DNA of 64,000 bases from a virus: IMG/VR virus record IMGVR_UViG_3300010354_000064, positions 11,551 through 75,550 of that record. The stretch is one strand, 5' to 3'. Position 1 is the first letter of the stretch. Each line of letters opens with the position of its first letter. This document shows, piece after piece, positions 19,761-29,780 of this stretch. The position numbers and the translations under genes are program-made. The notes beneath the pieces are model-generated. The model saw only the letters and a list, made by a program, of their open reading frames with translations. It had not been told where the DNA came from and made no database searches.

Positions 19761-21284
19761 TCACTTCTTGTATGGCCCCTGGAGAGGGGGGCGCTGGTTC
19801 ATCCAGTCGGGCCGCATCTGCGGAGTGTTGTAGTCGTACTTGACGTAAGGCACGTCAGGGCGCTCGTACTTGTAGCCGAGGTTCGGCCCCGGTGCCTTCT
19901 GCGAGTTGTACGAGGCCCCACCCCCATCTCCGGGGAGGTTCGACTCACCAACGACCCCGTTGAAGTCGTTGCCCTTTGGCCCCGCGTAGTAGTCTGAGCG
20001 TGCCACCGGAGATACCACGTCGAGGGGCAGAAGTGCGCTCGACATCACGGGCATCCCCATCCCAGACGTGGCGCGCTCCGTGATAGCGGTCGAATCACTC
20101 GTATCGTCCCGTGTCTTGCCACCGGGGTCGTTCGGGAGCCCGGAACGGGGACCGTAAACACCACGCCCACCAGAAGAGGGGTTGGCCTCCCCGTAGCCTC
20201 CCGCGCCCTGACCGTGGGCGTCATCGCCGTTGCCGCGACCGATGCCGAAGTCCCACGCCTCGGTCGGCGTGCGGTCGGTATTCGCATCGGGGACGTTCGA
20301 CTTGGCGGACTTACCCGAGAAGTCGTTTTCCCAAGCGGAGGGGTAGTTGTACTCGTCTCCCGCGCCTTCGTCACGGCTCCATTGGTCGCCGGTCGGAAGG
20401 CTCTCCTCGCGGTTGTAAGAGCCGAACGGCCCCGTCTGCTCACCACGGTCGAGATGGTTCACACGCGGACCAGGAAGGCTGTCCACGTTGACCGACGAGT
20501 TCGCGCGGCGGTCGTAGCCGTACCCGACACTCGACTGCTTCGTGAGAGACGGGCGGTTCTGACGCGCAGGCTGCGGCCCTTGCTCTTTGGCGGGGCCTCC
20601 ACCTCGGGGCATCTTCGAGCCCTTCGAGGGGTCTTCCTCGTTCTTGTAGCGGTCGGGTGCCCACGCGGCGGGCTCGTGCTCCGGTGCAGGGCCGTCCTCG
20701 ACCTCGCTCATGTCTTCCTCGGCCTCCCCCTCGGGGTCTTCGAGGTAGTCGGTGGCGTCGGAGAGGAGCTTCTTGACCTCGCTCATGTCGCGCTTTTCGA
20801 GGTCGGCGAGCTTCGGCTTCCAGTGCTCTCCGTTGATTTCATCGTAGATGGCGTCGCAGATGGTCGAGAGATGCTCGGACGCCTCGTAGAGCTTGGCCCG
20901 CACGTCCTTCACGCCCATGACGTAGCCCCGCCCACCGACCATGCCGTCGGGCGAGAACGCCACGGACTTCAACCGGCTGAACTGCCGGTGCGCGGTGAGC
21001 GTGTGGCCGAGCGCCACGCTCGTAGCCCACAGCATCTTCACGAGAGGCTTGATAGCCTTGGGGTCAAAGGCATGGTTCGCCGGAATCTTCCGTTGGGCCG
21101 GAGCCGCGACCTCCCGCTTGTGCGGGGGCACGAAACCACCACCCTCCTGGGCCGCCGTCCGAACAATCGGGCCGGGAATCAGGTCCGTGACCCGACCATC
21201 ACGCCCGTAAACAGGTGTGATTTCGCGGGTTTCTACGACTTCCCCGAACGCCTTGGCTACCTTCTCCCGCGCGCTCATGGTCAC
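19761..21284 (-). CDS. hypothetical protein, helical N-terminus and disordered Gly/Pro/Asp C-terminus
   Basis: 507-aa ORF in operon; internal YGYDRR motif. Confidence 0.7.
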   Translation of the reverse strand: MTMSAREKVAKAFGEVVETREITPVYGRDGRVTDLIPGPIVRTAAQEGGGFVPPHKREVAAPAQRKIPANHAFDPKAIKPLVKMLWATSVALGHTLTAHRQFSRLKSVAFSPDGMVGGRGYVMGVKDVRAKLYEASEHLSTICDAIYDEINGEHWKPKLADLEKRDMSEVKKLLSDATDYLEDPEGEAEEDMSEVEDGPAPEHEPAAWAPDRYKNEEDPSKGSKMPRGGGPAKEQGPQPARQNRPSLTKQSSVGYGYDRRANSSVNVDSLPGPRVNHLDRGEQTGPFGSYNREESLPTGDQWSRDEGAGDEYNYPSAWENDFSGKSAKSNVPDANTDRTPTEAWDFGIGRGNGDDAHGQGAGGYGEANPSSGGRGVYGPRSGLPNDPGGKTRDDTSDSTAITERATSGMGMPVMSSALLPLDVVSPVARSDYYAGPKGNDFNGVVGESNLPGDGGGASYNSQKAPGPNLGYKYERPDVPYVKYDYNTPQMRPDWMNQRPPLQGPYKK

Positions 21285-21553
21285 CCCTTGAGCGGCTGGC
21301 CGTTGTCGTCGAACAGGCGCTCGATGTAGAACTGGCCGTCGGCTTCTTTCTGAATACTCCAGAGGTCGCGGTTCGACTTGTGAATGAGCGTCTCGGTCGA
21401 GAGGCGCGTGAAGGGCTGAAGCTGCCCAACGGAGGCCACCCGAACACGGGCTGACTTCTGGAGCGGCTTGAGCATGGCGGGCTCTCGCTCGAAGAGCGCG
21501 TCGAGCCCCGTCGCCCCGGATACTTCCAACTGACCCAAATCGAAGAACGACAT
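21281..21553 (-). CDS. small hypothetical probable virion protein
   Basis: In operon; SD GAGG before ATG 21553. Confidence 0.65.
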   Translation of the reverse strand: MSFFDLGQLEVSGATGLDALFEREPAMLKPLQKSARVRVASVGQLQPFTRLSTETLIHKSNRDLWSIQKEADGQFYIERLFDDNGQPLKG

Positions 21554-21561
21554 GCCTGACC

Positions 21562-22464
21562 TCACGTAATCACGAGGGAAATCTGAACGTCGATGTACTC
21601 GTTCGTGCTGTAGCCGCTGACCCGCAGAATCTCCGAGTACGTGCCGGGCAGGCAGTTCGCGTTAGGCGTCACCTGCACGACCACAGACTGCGAAGCCGCT
21701 CCGGCCAACGACCCCTGGAACGGAGTCACGCCCGAAAGCCAGGCCCCCGAAGTGTTGGTGAGTCGCCGGACTTCGTATTCGAGCAGAGACGTGGGGGCAC
21801 CCGTGTTCGTGAGAATGAACGACTGCGAGGGCACCGGAGGGAACGGACCCGTCAACGGCTTCGAGACGAAGAACGTGATGCTCGCCGTGCTGACCGTGAT
21901 GGTCGCCTTGGGTCGAATGTTGATGGTAATGGGGACCGAAACCGGGTTGTTGGTCGCGGTGGGGTCTTGGAGGAGCACGACCTGCGCGTACGGGCTGTTC
22001 GACGCGAGCAGCGTCGAGGAATCGACCGCAACGTCGAACACACCGCTTTCCCCAGCAGCCAAGTTGCCGATGGAAGTGGGTCGAACACGAACGTAGGGCG
22101 CGTCCGAGGTAGAACTCGCGTCGAGGAGGCTGCCGAAGACGCCACCGTTCGACACCTGGAACGTCTGCACCGGCCCGTACCCTCGGCCTTCGTCGAGGTT
22201 GAACACAAGACCGCCGACGCTGACGACGAAGAGAGGCGCGAACTGTGCCTGCAACTGCGAGATGGAGTCGGCCATCGCCTGCACGACCATCCCTGGTAGG
22301 GGCACGCTATCCCGTAGCACGCCGTACGGGCTCAGGATGTCCCGCACCGAGTACGTGGGTGCAGGCCCCGACACGTCCATGCGCGTCGTCCACTTCCAGA
22401 TTCCACGGGGGGTGGATTGCTGGAACTGGTAGTCTTGAAACTGAAGGGCGGCGGCAGAAGGCAC
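21562..22464 (-). CDS. Ig-like (BACON-type) domain structural protein
   Basis: Two beta-sandwich-like repeats (QTFQVSNGG and QSFILTNTG..WLS.VTP..GSL). Confidence 0.6.
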   Translation of the reverse strand: MPSAAALQFQDYQFQQSTPRGIWKWTTRMDVSGPAPTYSVRDILSPYGVLRDSVPLPGMVVQAMADSISQLQAQFAPLFVVSVGGLVFNLDEGRGYGPVQTFQVSNGGVFGSLLDASSTSDAPYVRVRPTSIGNLAAGESGVFDVAVDSSTLLASNSPYAQVVLLQDPTATNNPVSVPITINIRPKATITVSTASITFFVSKPLTGPFPPVPSQSFILTNTGAPTSLLEYEVRRLTNTSGAWLSGVTPFQGSLAGAASQSVVVQVTPNANCLPGTYSEILRVSGYSTNEYIDVQISLVIT

Positions 22465-22506
22465 GAGCTACCTCACGATAGCCCGCCCATAAGAAGAACC
22501 GCAGGC

Positions 22507-22809
22507 TCAAAAGGCCGCCATGAGCGTCGCCTTCGCGGCCTCGACGAGGGCCTTCTTCTGCACCCCCTTGCGGGCGATGTACTCAGCGGCCTCCTCGTCC
22601 CCGGCCGCCTTCGCGGCCTTCCACTCGCGGCGGAGCACCGCGAGGTGGCGCTCGCCACGGTCGATGTTGACCGAGAGGCTACCCTTGCCGAAGCAGAGGT
22701 AGCAGACCCCGTTGTCGGGATGCCAGTGGTCGGAGCCGCCATGCCCGCCGCAGCGCGGGCACTCGACCACAACCACCGTCTCGTTCGTCTGGGCGTTCTG
22801 GGGGACCAT
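22507..22809 (-). CDS. small CxxCGG Zn-finger protein
   Basis: CPRCGG.G...CYLCFG.G; ATG 8 nt after class I promoter motif. Confidence 0.7.
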   Translation of the reverse strand: MVPQNAQTNETVVVVECPRCGGHGGSDHWHPDNGVCYLCFGKGSLSVNIDRGERHLAVLRREWKAAKAAGDEEAAEYIARKGVQKKALVEAAKATLMAAF

Positions 22810-22817
22810 GCCTCCTC

Positions 22818-22844
22818 TACGAGGTGGCCCCATCGAGAATCAAC
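22818..22844 (-). promoter_or_regulatory. class I promoter-like motif
   Basis: GTTGAT-N17-CGTA copy of the nine-member motif. Confidence 0.75.
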
Positions 22845-23943
22845 GTACCCAAACCTGACCTCGGTGGATTTTGCCGATGAGCGACACCCCCACCCCAAAC
22901 GCAGCGGCCACCGACGATTGCGTGGCCCCTCCGGCTAGCCGCGCACGAATCTCCGTGACCTTCTCGACCGTGAGCTTACCCGAACGTGCCGAGAGGCGGC
23001 GCGTCTGGTTCTGCTCGGCTTTCGTGGCCCAACGGCAGTTGGCAGGCCACCCACGCGCAAGGCAGTCCGCGCACTTGCCGCACGAGTAGTGCCCTCCGCG
23101 ATTTGCACGGGTGAGCGTGTACGTGGGGGCGGGCTTCACCCCCACGTCGGTCAAGAAATCCTCGAAAGACCCCCGCCAACGCTCGCACATCGTGATGCCC
23201 GAGCCCCCGTAATCCTCGTAGCGGCCGTGCTTCGGGTTGAAGCACCGAGTCTTGATGCTGACCCACGTCTTGTACTCAGGGCTACCCGTGCGTCCGTGGA
23301 CGTGGTTGCCGTGGTCGGACCCCCTCGGCATCGGGCGGCGGTTCGCACTCTGCTCGCTCTTCGTCGCCCACCGGACGTTCCCCGGCTCGTACCCACGCGA
23401 ACCGTCAATGCGGTCGAGGCTATGCTGCGGGGTCGGCTTCGGCCCAAGGTGATCAAAGAACGCCATGAAGTCGTCTACCCACCCCGCGTGGACGCCGATG
23501 CCGCGCCCACCCCAACCGGAGTAGTTGCTGCTCTTCGGGTTGAGGCAGCGGTCCTTCATAGAAATCCACGCGCGGTACTCCGGCGTATGGATGAGGCCAT
23601 GCTTGAAGTTGGTGGGCCATCCGGGGCGGGGCTCCTTCGAGGAAGGTGCCCCCGCACCTTGCGGCCGACGGTTCCGGTTCTGCTCGGTAGGAAGCGACCA
23701 CCGGACGTTGCCGGGTTCGTACCCCGCATCGTTGTCGATGCGGTCGAGGCTATGCTTCGGAGAGGGACGGGGGCCGACGTGGGCGAAGAACGCCTCGAAG
23801 TCCGCAGCCCACTCGGGGGCCAACGTAATCCCTCGGCCCCCGTAGTTCGGGTAGGCGAGGTGACGAGGGTTCAAGCATCGCTGCTTGATCTGCTGCCAAC
23901 ACTTGTACTCGGGAAGCTGGGATCGACCATGCTTGAGGTACAT
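22840..23943 (-). mobile_element. free-standing HNH homing endonuclease with three tandem HNH-type domains and C-terminal HTH
   Basis: Three repeats of PEY..W...K.RC.NP...[YW]GG.GI...[HSLDRID]...N[VC]RW; C-terminal TQSSVAAAFGV HTH. Confidence 0.8.
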
Positions 23944-23949
23944 GGCCGG

Positions 23950-23978
23950 AATCTAAGCACTCTGCACCACTAAGTCAA
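23950..23978 (-). promoter_or_regulatory. sigma70-type promoter of the HNH gene
   Basis: TTGACT-N17-TAGATT, 6 nt before the ATG at 23943. Confidence 0.7.
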
Positions 23979-24008
23979 CGTGTTAGTTGACCTCGCGATG
24001 GAGAATGT

Positions 24009-24644
24009 TTAGAAACATTTATCCATACCTCTCCCTTGCCATTGTGGTAGACGCACCTCGCGAAGAATGTTGAAACGCTTGCTCGCGATGGCCGAAAACA
24101 CCTTCTGGTACGGGGAGTACTTGGCGTCTGCGCGGGCGAGGTCTTCGAGGCTCTTCACGGCGCGGAAGAAGCGATGCCGCACCCGCCCTTGCGTGAGGTT
24201 CAGCCGTGTGGCGACCTCGGACTGGCAGGTCGTCTCCCACATGCCGACGAGGATGTCCACGTCGATGGGGGCGAACACGTCGGCGAGGTCTTCGCGGATT
24301 TCATCCACGGTGATTTGCGGAATAGACAGCAGGAACTTGATGCGCTTGAGCCCCCGGTCGAGCCGATAGCTGATGGCTGCCTGGGTGACCTCGAAGATGG
24401 CTGCGATGTCCGCCTGCCTCTTGCGCTTGATGAAGTACAGGTAGATGAGGTCGGCTTCCCGACGCGGGATGCGGTCGAGCAAAGGCGCGATACGACTCTC
24501 GTAGTCGGCCTCCGCGAACAGCGTCTCGACGCCTTCCTCTTCGGCCTCGGAATCCAAGCTCGGCGTGACCAAGCGGTTCGCCAAAGCCATTGGGTCCATC
24601 GGAATCACGTACCCGGATGCCACCATCTTGTCCTCCCAACTCAC
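24009..24644 (-). CDS. protein with two tandem sigma70 region-4-like HTH domains
   Basis: IPRREADLIYLYF..RQADIAAIFEVTQAAISYRL and CQSEVATRLNLTQGRVRHRF. Confidence 0.7.
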   Translation of the reverse strand: MSWEDKMVASGYVIPMDPMALANRLVTPSLDSEAEEEGVETLFAEADYESRIAPLLDRIPRREADLIYLYFIKRKRQADIAAIFEVTQAAISYRLDRGLKRIKFLLSIPQITVDEIREDLADVFAPIDVDILVGMWETTCQSEVATRLNLTQGRVRHRFFRAVKSLEDLARADAKYSPYQKVFSAIASKRFNILREVRLPQWQGRGMDKCF

Positions 24645-26536
24645 GAGGCAGCCTCCGAGAAGAAGGCCGAGAGCACGCGCGACTTGTTCATTCCGATGTC
24701 ATCCAACGCGAGGCTGGACGCGCCCTGGTCGGCGTTCGGGGAGTGTAGCCGGAGGTCGAGGTTCGTCACGAGCGTCATGAGACGCACATTCAGGCGCACT
24801 TGCTTCTCAGCCGCCCGGATTTTCTCGCGGAGCGACTGCGAGAGCCCAGCAAGGTTCGAGACGAAGATACCATCGACGGTCCCGTAAAGGTTCAGCAGCT
24901 TGCTGGCAGTCTTGTTTCCGCAGCCCGGCGCACCGGGGATGTTGTCAGAGGTGTCCCCACCGAGCGCGCGGAGATGCACCATCCGCTCGGGGGCTACCCC
25001 GTACTCGGCCTGCACGACCTCGGGGGTGCAGAGCCTCTCCTTGCCAACACCGACCGCCGGGACGAGTACGTGCGTCGTGTCCGTCACGAGTTGCATGAAG
25101 TCTCGGTCGTTCGAGACGATGACGTTGTGCTGGTCGGCGAGCCGACCGCGCACCAACGAAGCCACCACGTCGTCCGCTTCTTCGCCTTCAGCGTGTGCTT
25201 GCCAAACGCCAAGAGAGGGGAGGTTCGCCTTGAGCCACTCGACCTCGAAGGTCACGCGCAGAGGGTTTCGATTCGCCTTGTAGTCGGCGAACAACTCCTT
25301 ACGGCGCGTCGAGAGGCTATCCCAGCAGACCCACACCTCGGCCTCGGGGTATCGCTTGCGGAGCGCCGAGAGACTGTTGAGGAACCCGACGATGGCCCCC
25401 GTGGGTCGTCCCTTGGCGTCGCGAAGGTCAGAAAGGCCCGGTGCCATCGAGCACCGAACCGCCATGTTCATGCCGTCGATGACGACGTTCTCGGTCACGG
25501 TGCTCCCTTTCATGCGGCGCTCAATAGACAGAACCGACCGTTCGATGTCAAGGAAGCGCAGCACCGCCGAGTGTAGCAGACTGAAAGATTGCGCCACCCC
25601 TTCGAGTGAACCCCAAGGTAGGTTGCGGTCAGTCTGCTCCACGACCCGATTCAACTGCCCCAGACGTTGCCCCCAATCGCGAAGCCTCTCCAAGTTAGAG
25701 TGCGTGTCGAGCACCGACCCCAAGCTGAGAGGGTGCTCGAAAGCGCGAAGGAAAGCATGTAGTTGCGCGCCTTGCCTCAACCACCGGGTGAGGTGATGGT
25801 ACCGGGTGTAGAGACGCTTCATCTCCACGAGAAGTTGAGGAGCCGACTGGAGCCGCATCTCGGCCTGGATGGTGCGACCGTTCGAGAGCCAGCGGTCGAT
25901 GCGTTGCACCTCGAAAAGGCGCTCCCGAAGCGGCTCGATGGAACGAGGCTCCCAACGAAGCAAAGGAAGAGCGGCATTGAACCAGCCACGCGCCTCACGA
26001 GCTTGCAGCACGAACGACGGGAGGGACACCTTGTTCAGCAGGTGAAGGAACGAGCGCGGCAACGTGATGAGGCTATCCTTGCTGCGAAGCTCGACGCTGA
26101 CCTGCACGGAATCCTGCTCGGGGATGTCCTCGATGACTACCGCCGTGAGATTCTTGTAGGGGCCGGAGTTGATGACCACGGTGTCGCCGACGCCGATACC
26201 CTGGTCTGAGTGCGCGCGAATCTGCCGCCGAAATTTGTCGATGTCACGGTCGGTCACGCACGCGAGACGACGCCCTCGGGAACCGGGGTCGCGAACGACC
26301 GCCTGGACGTAGCGAGTGTCTTCAAGCCGAAAGTACTTCTCATCAGGGTGGGCGCGCTTGATGAAGGCGTAACCATCAACGAGATAGTTGATGACCCTAT
26401 CCTCGCCGACTTGGGTCACCGAAGCAGGGACGAACACCTCGGCATCGCGGATGGTCGCCCGAATCGCCGACCGAATCAGCGCCGGGTCTTCTCCCTCGGC
26501 CATAGGCCCTAGCTCTAGGATGACCCACTCAGACAT
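24641..26536 (-). CDS. NusG-like (NGN+KOW) domain fused to 5'-3' exonuclease (PolI/FEN type)
   Basis: N-term EVFVP..LVDGYAFI and KOW GDTVVINSGPY; C-term VIDG.N, YKANR, EADD, SNDRD, GDTSDNIPG. Confidence 0.8.
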   Translation of the reverse strand: MSEWVILELGPMAEGEDPALIRSAIRATIRDAEVFVPASVTQVGEDRVINYLVDGYAFIKRAHPDEKYFRLEDTRYVQAVVRDPGSRGRRLACVTDRDIDKFRRQIRAHSDQGIGVGDTVVINSGPYKNLTAVVIEDIPEQDSVQVSVELRSKDSLITLPRSFLHLLNKVSLPSFVLQAREARGWFNAALPLLRWEPRSIEPLRERLFEVQRIDRWLSNGRTIQAEMRLQSAPQLLVEMKRLYTRYHHLTRWLRQGAQLHAFLRAFEHPLSLGSVLDTHSNLERLRDWGQRLGQLNRVVEQTDRNLPWGSLEGVAQSFSLLHSAVLRFLDIERSVLSIERRMKGSTVTENVVIDGMNMAVRCSMAPGLSDLRDAKGRPTGAIVGFLNSLSALRKRYPEAEVWVCWDSLSTRRKELFADYKANRNPLRVTFEVEWLKANLPSLGVWQAHAEGEEADDVVASLVRGRLADQHNVIVSNDRDFMQLVTDTTHVLVPAVGVGKERLCTPEVVQAEYGVAPERMVHLRALGGDTSDNIPGAPGCGNKTASKLLNLYGTVDGIFVSNLAGLSQSLREKIRAAEKQVRLNVRLMTLVTNLDLRLHSPNADQGASSLALDDIGMNKSRVLSAFFSEAAS

Positions 26537-26538
26537 CC

Positions 26539-27963
26539 CTACCCTCTCCCCGGCCAAGTAAGCTCGAACTCGCGTCGCCATTGTTCGGGGGTGAGGATTT
26601 GGTGCCCATCTGCTTCTTCGACCCCGGCAAAGTTGAGCGCCAGCGGCGCGTGGTCACGGCCCCTCGGCTTCTGACGAGCGACTGCCTGATGGTCGAAGTC
26701 CGTGAGCGCGGCGATGTCGCCAGAGCCGAGACTCCCGATGCCGTCGGTGCGTACCACACCTTTCCCATTCGGTGAAGGTTTCGATGCAGGAATAGGAGCC
26801 GGAACTGGGGCAGGAGCAGGAGCAGGCGGAGGTGCAGCCACCGCCGCCGGGGCAGGCGGAGGGGTCACTGGGGCGGCCGGAAGCGGAGCAGCCACGACCA
26901 GAACGGGCGCGGCGACAGGACCAGAAGTCGTCGGGATGCCCCCAGAGAGGCGGAGCACGTCGCAGAGGAGCGACACCTTCGAGGCGTACCGCTGACGAAG
27001 GAAGTGCTCGGCGAGCCGCACCACGTTGTCGCCGTAGGCGTCGTAAACCCGCTGCCCGAGGCTCTTGTCTACGTACACGAAGTCCGCGAACATCCCGTGC
27101 CTCAGCCGAAACGTGTTCATGGCCGCCTCGGCAAGGCCAGCCGACACGTCCTCGGGGCTCACCCGTTCGCAGAGGCCCTCGACAAGTTCGATGGCGCGCT
27201 TCGGGGTACCGAGCGCCAGAAGCACCTCGTAGTAGGTCGAGACGACAGAGAGGTGCAGGTACTCGCGCACGTTGTCGAGGTTGACCCGCCCCATCTGGGC
27301 AATCATCTCCAGCCGGTTCACGACATCGCGAACGTGGCCGCCCGAGTAGTCGATGACGGTGAGCACGCCATCGTCCTCGTGTTCAACCCCCTCGGCATCG
27401 AGGATGCGGTTCATCCGTTCGAGCACGTCCTCGCGCGTGATTTTGCGGATGGCGTACTCCTCACAGCGGGAGCGGATGGGGCCTCGGATTTTCTCGGGCT
27501 CGGTCGTGCAGAACACGCCGACCATCTTCTTCTCTTCGAGCGGCTTCAGGAGAACGTCCTGAGCATCCCGGCTCATCCGGTGCGCCTCGTCGAACACGTA
27601 GACGCGCTTCGCGGCATTGAAGACCGCGAACGGAAGGTCATCGACAATGGCCCGGATGTTCTCGATGGTGCCGCCCGATGCCGCATCCTGCTCGACGTAG
27701 GCCCCCGGCTGACCGTTGAGCACGTCGCGGCAGTTGTCGCACTCGTTGCAGGGCTCGGGGTCAGCCTTGTCGAGATTCTGGCAAAGCATGGCCCGCGCGT
27801 GGATACGGGCAAGGGTGGTCTTCCCCTGCCCGTGCCCACCCGCGAAGATGTAGGACACGTCGAGCGCGGTGCCTTTGGCGAGCCGCGCCTTGAGTAGCTG
27901 AACGGTACCCGATTGACCGAGCACGTCACCGAACTTGAGGGGGCGATAGCGGGTGTCCCACAC
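26539..27963 (-). CDS. dnaX: DNA polymerase III gamma/tau clamp-loader subunit
   Basis: YRP..F.DV.GQ, Walker A GQGKTT, PCNECDNC, DAAS, DEAH, IRSRC; Pro-rich tail. Confidence 0.92.
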   Translation of the reverse strand: MWDTRYRPLKFGDVLGQSGTVQLLKARLAKGTALDVSYIFAGGHGQGKTTLARIHARAMLCQNLDKADPEPCNECDNCRDVLNGQPGAYVEQDAASGGTIENIRAIVDDLPFAVFNAAKRVYVFDEAHRMSRDAQDVLLKPLEEKKMVGVFCTTEPEKIRGPIRSRCEEYAIRKITREDVLERMNRILDAEGVEHEDDGVLTVIDYSGGHVRDVVNRLEMIAQMGRVNLDNVREYLHLSVVSTYYEVLLALGTPKRAIELVEGLCERVSPEDVSAGLAEAAMNTFRLRHGMFADFVYVDKSLGQRVYDAYGDNVVRLAEHFLRQRYASKVSLLCDVLRLSGGIPTTSGPVAAPVLVVAAPLPAAPVTPPPAPAAVAAPPPAPAPAPVPAPIPASKPSPNGKGVVRTDGIGSLGSGDIAALTDFDHQAVARQKPRGRDHAPLALNFAGVEEADGHQILTPEQWRREFELTWPGRG

Positions 27964-27974
27964 GGTGTGCGCCC

Positions 27975-28466
27975 TTAGACCGAGGCCATCACGCCATCGA
28001 CAGACGCCGAAGCCACCACGTCCTCGACCATGCCGTCGATGTCCACGGTCTTGGCGACGCTCGCGAAACCAGCGAGGTCGTCGTTCCAGGCACCATGACG
28101 ACGAAGGATGGCCGTGAACTCGGACACGTCGGGTTCGCGAGTCGTCCAGTTCATGTCGCCGGTCTTCTCGTCTTCCTCACCCGTGCAGCGTTCGAGCAGG
28201 TGGTCCACGAGTGCCTGCCGCTGCTCCTCGGACTTCTCGTTCCATTGGTCGAGAGCGACCTCGACGATGAAGTCGCACTCCAGCAGGTACTCCAGCGAAC
28301 CGCTGACCTTGCGCACCTTGCCGTTGACGGGGCGGCCACCCTTGCTGCTCGCCTTGTCCACGAACAGGTACTTGATGCGCGCGGTGGCGATTTCCGGGTG
28401 GTACATCGGAATGAGGTTCGAGGCGACGGCCTCGACAGACTCAGCGTCGGAATACAGCTTCGGCAT
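27975..28466 (-). CDS. phage metallopeptidase-like protein with degenerate metal motif
   Basis: DFIVEV...W...QRQALVDHLLERC...PDV.EF..ILRRHGAW pattern; canonical HExxH absent. Confidence 0.55.
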   Translation of the reverse strand: MPKLYSDAESVEAVASNLIPMYHPEIATARIKYLFVDKASSKGGRPVNGKVRKVSGSLEYLLECDFIVEVALDQWNEKSEEQRQALVDHLLERCTGEEDEKTGDMNWTTREPDVSEFTAILRRHGAWNDDLAGFASVAKTVDIDGMVEDVVASASVDGVMASV

Positions 28467-29187
28467 CGGGGAACTCCATAGGGTCAGTAGACCGCAGCAC
28501 GGTCTGGATGAATCGGCCAACTTGCTCGTCACCCCAAGCCTCCCAGAGTTCGCCTGGGTCTTTCGTCGGGTTGGGGCTTCCTAGCACACGAGCTTGGGGA
28601 TAATACACCGTCTCCACACGAAAATCGCGGCCATGTGTGCGGGTAAAGTCCGCCGCCGCCGCACGACCAGCAGCGTCAACGTCGTAGCCCACCCATACCT
28701 GCCGCACCATTCGACGCATGACGCGGATGAGGCTTTCGGGGACGCGAGCCGTAAGCGTGGCAACTACCCCAGGAAAGTGTCGCTGGATGGGGAACAGGTC
28801 GAAGGCCCCCTCGACGAGCCAGATACCCCCAGTACGCCAGACGTGAGGCATCGCCTGCGCGAGCCCGAAGAGCACGCACTCCTCCTTGTAGGGGATGAAG
28901 TCGAGGTAGCCCTTCCGCGCGCGGTCAACGTGCCGGAACTGAAACCCGTGAACGACCCCCAAGGTACTGGTGAGCGGGAACACGAGCACGTCGTCGAGCC
29001 GCGCTCCTTGGTGCGCCCACTTGAGGAAGTCCTCCATCCCATCGAGGTCGGGAAGGCTTCGGTCGAGATACCCTATGCGATACTCAGCGATTTGGTCGTC
29101 CGACACGCCGCGCGCGTAAAGCGCCTCACGAACCCCGTCGGTGAGGTTCGTCTGAGCGTGCGCGGTCAAGTCGTCGAGCCACGTCAC
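28441..29187 (-). CDS. DnaG-type primase catalytic/TOPRIM domain
   Basis: LYARG, IGY, LVFP, LVEGAFD, YDVDAAG, KDPGE; GTG start overlaps upstream stop. Confidence 0.8.
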   Translation of the reverse strand: MTWLDDLTAHAQTNLTDGVREALYARGVSDDQIAEYRIGYLDRSLPDLDGMEDFLKWAHQGARLDDVLVFPLTSTLGVVHGFQFRHVDRARKGYLDFIPYKEECVLFGLAQAMPHVWRTGGIWLVEGAFDLFPIQRHFPGVVATLTARVPESLIRVMRRMVRQVWVGYDVDAAGRAAAADFTRTHGRDFRVETVYYPQARVLGSPNPTKDPGELWEAWGDEQVGRFIQTVLRSTDPMEFPDAEAVFRR

Positions 29188-29780
29188 GTCACCACCATGA
29201 GGGCCTGGTCGGCGCGTTGAAGCACAACCCCAAGGTGCTCTCCGGTGCGGACGTAACTGCCCACCAACGCGGGCATCGCAGCGACGAACCCGGCTCGTCC
29301 AGGCAGGTCCGCCAGAAGTACAGTGACCCCAGAGACGACCGCCACCTCGCTTCGCGTCCGCATGGCCGCCCATGCCTCATCGAGGTTCACGTCCAAGCCG
29401 GGCGTGATTTCGGCGAGCAGCTTCGGGGATGCGACGATGGTGTGCGGCTCCATGCTGTTGAGTTGAAGCCGGTGAATGGCCTCCTGTACATTGGTACACC
29501 GGCCAGGCCAGTTCGGTCGCGAAGAAAGCACACGATGAAGCTCGACCAGGAGGGCGTCGTCCTGCCCGACGGGAATGGGCGAGAAGCCGTACCGAACGAT
29601 GCCTTCCCGCGAAGGTCGGGTCTGAAGGAACATGCCGCGCATGTTCGTGACGAAGAACGGCCCGTCGGTCGGGTCGGCGACGCGCTCCCCGAGGGCAGGA
29701 ATGGAGAAGCCCCCTTGCCGGGCAGCCCGCTGTCGGACGCGCTCGGTTGCGAGCAGCCGCTCAAGAGCCGTGAACGCCAT
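29184..29780 (-). CDS. hypothetical protein
   Basis: ORF packed in replication operon. Confidence 0.6.
   Translation of the reverse strand: MAFTALERLLATERVRQRAARQGGFSIPALGERVADPTDGPFFVTNMRGMFLQTRPSREGIVRYGFSPIPVGQDDALLVELHRVLSSRPNWPGRCTNVQEAIHRLQLNSMEPHTIVASPKLLAEITPGLDVNLDEAWAAMRTRSEVAVVSGVTVLLADLPGRAGFVAAMPALVGSYVRTGEHLGVVLQRADQALMVVT

Noticed and set aside
26539-27963. dnaX programmed frameshift
   Set aside because: No A6G or long A slippery run seen, and no downstream tau domain in another frame.
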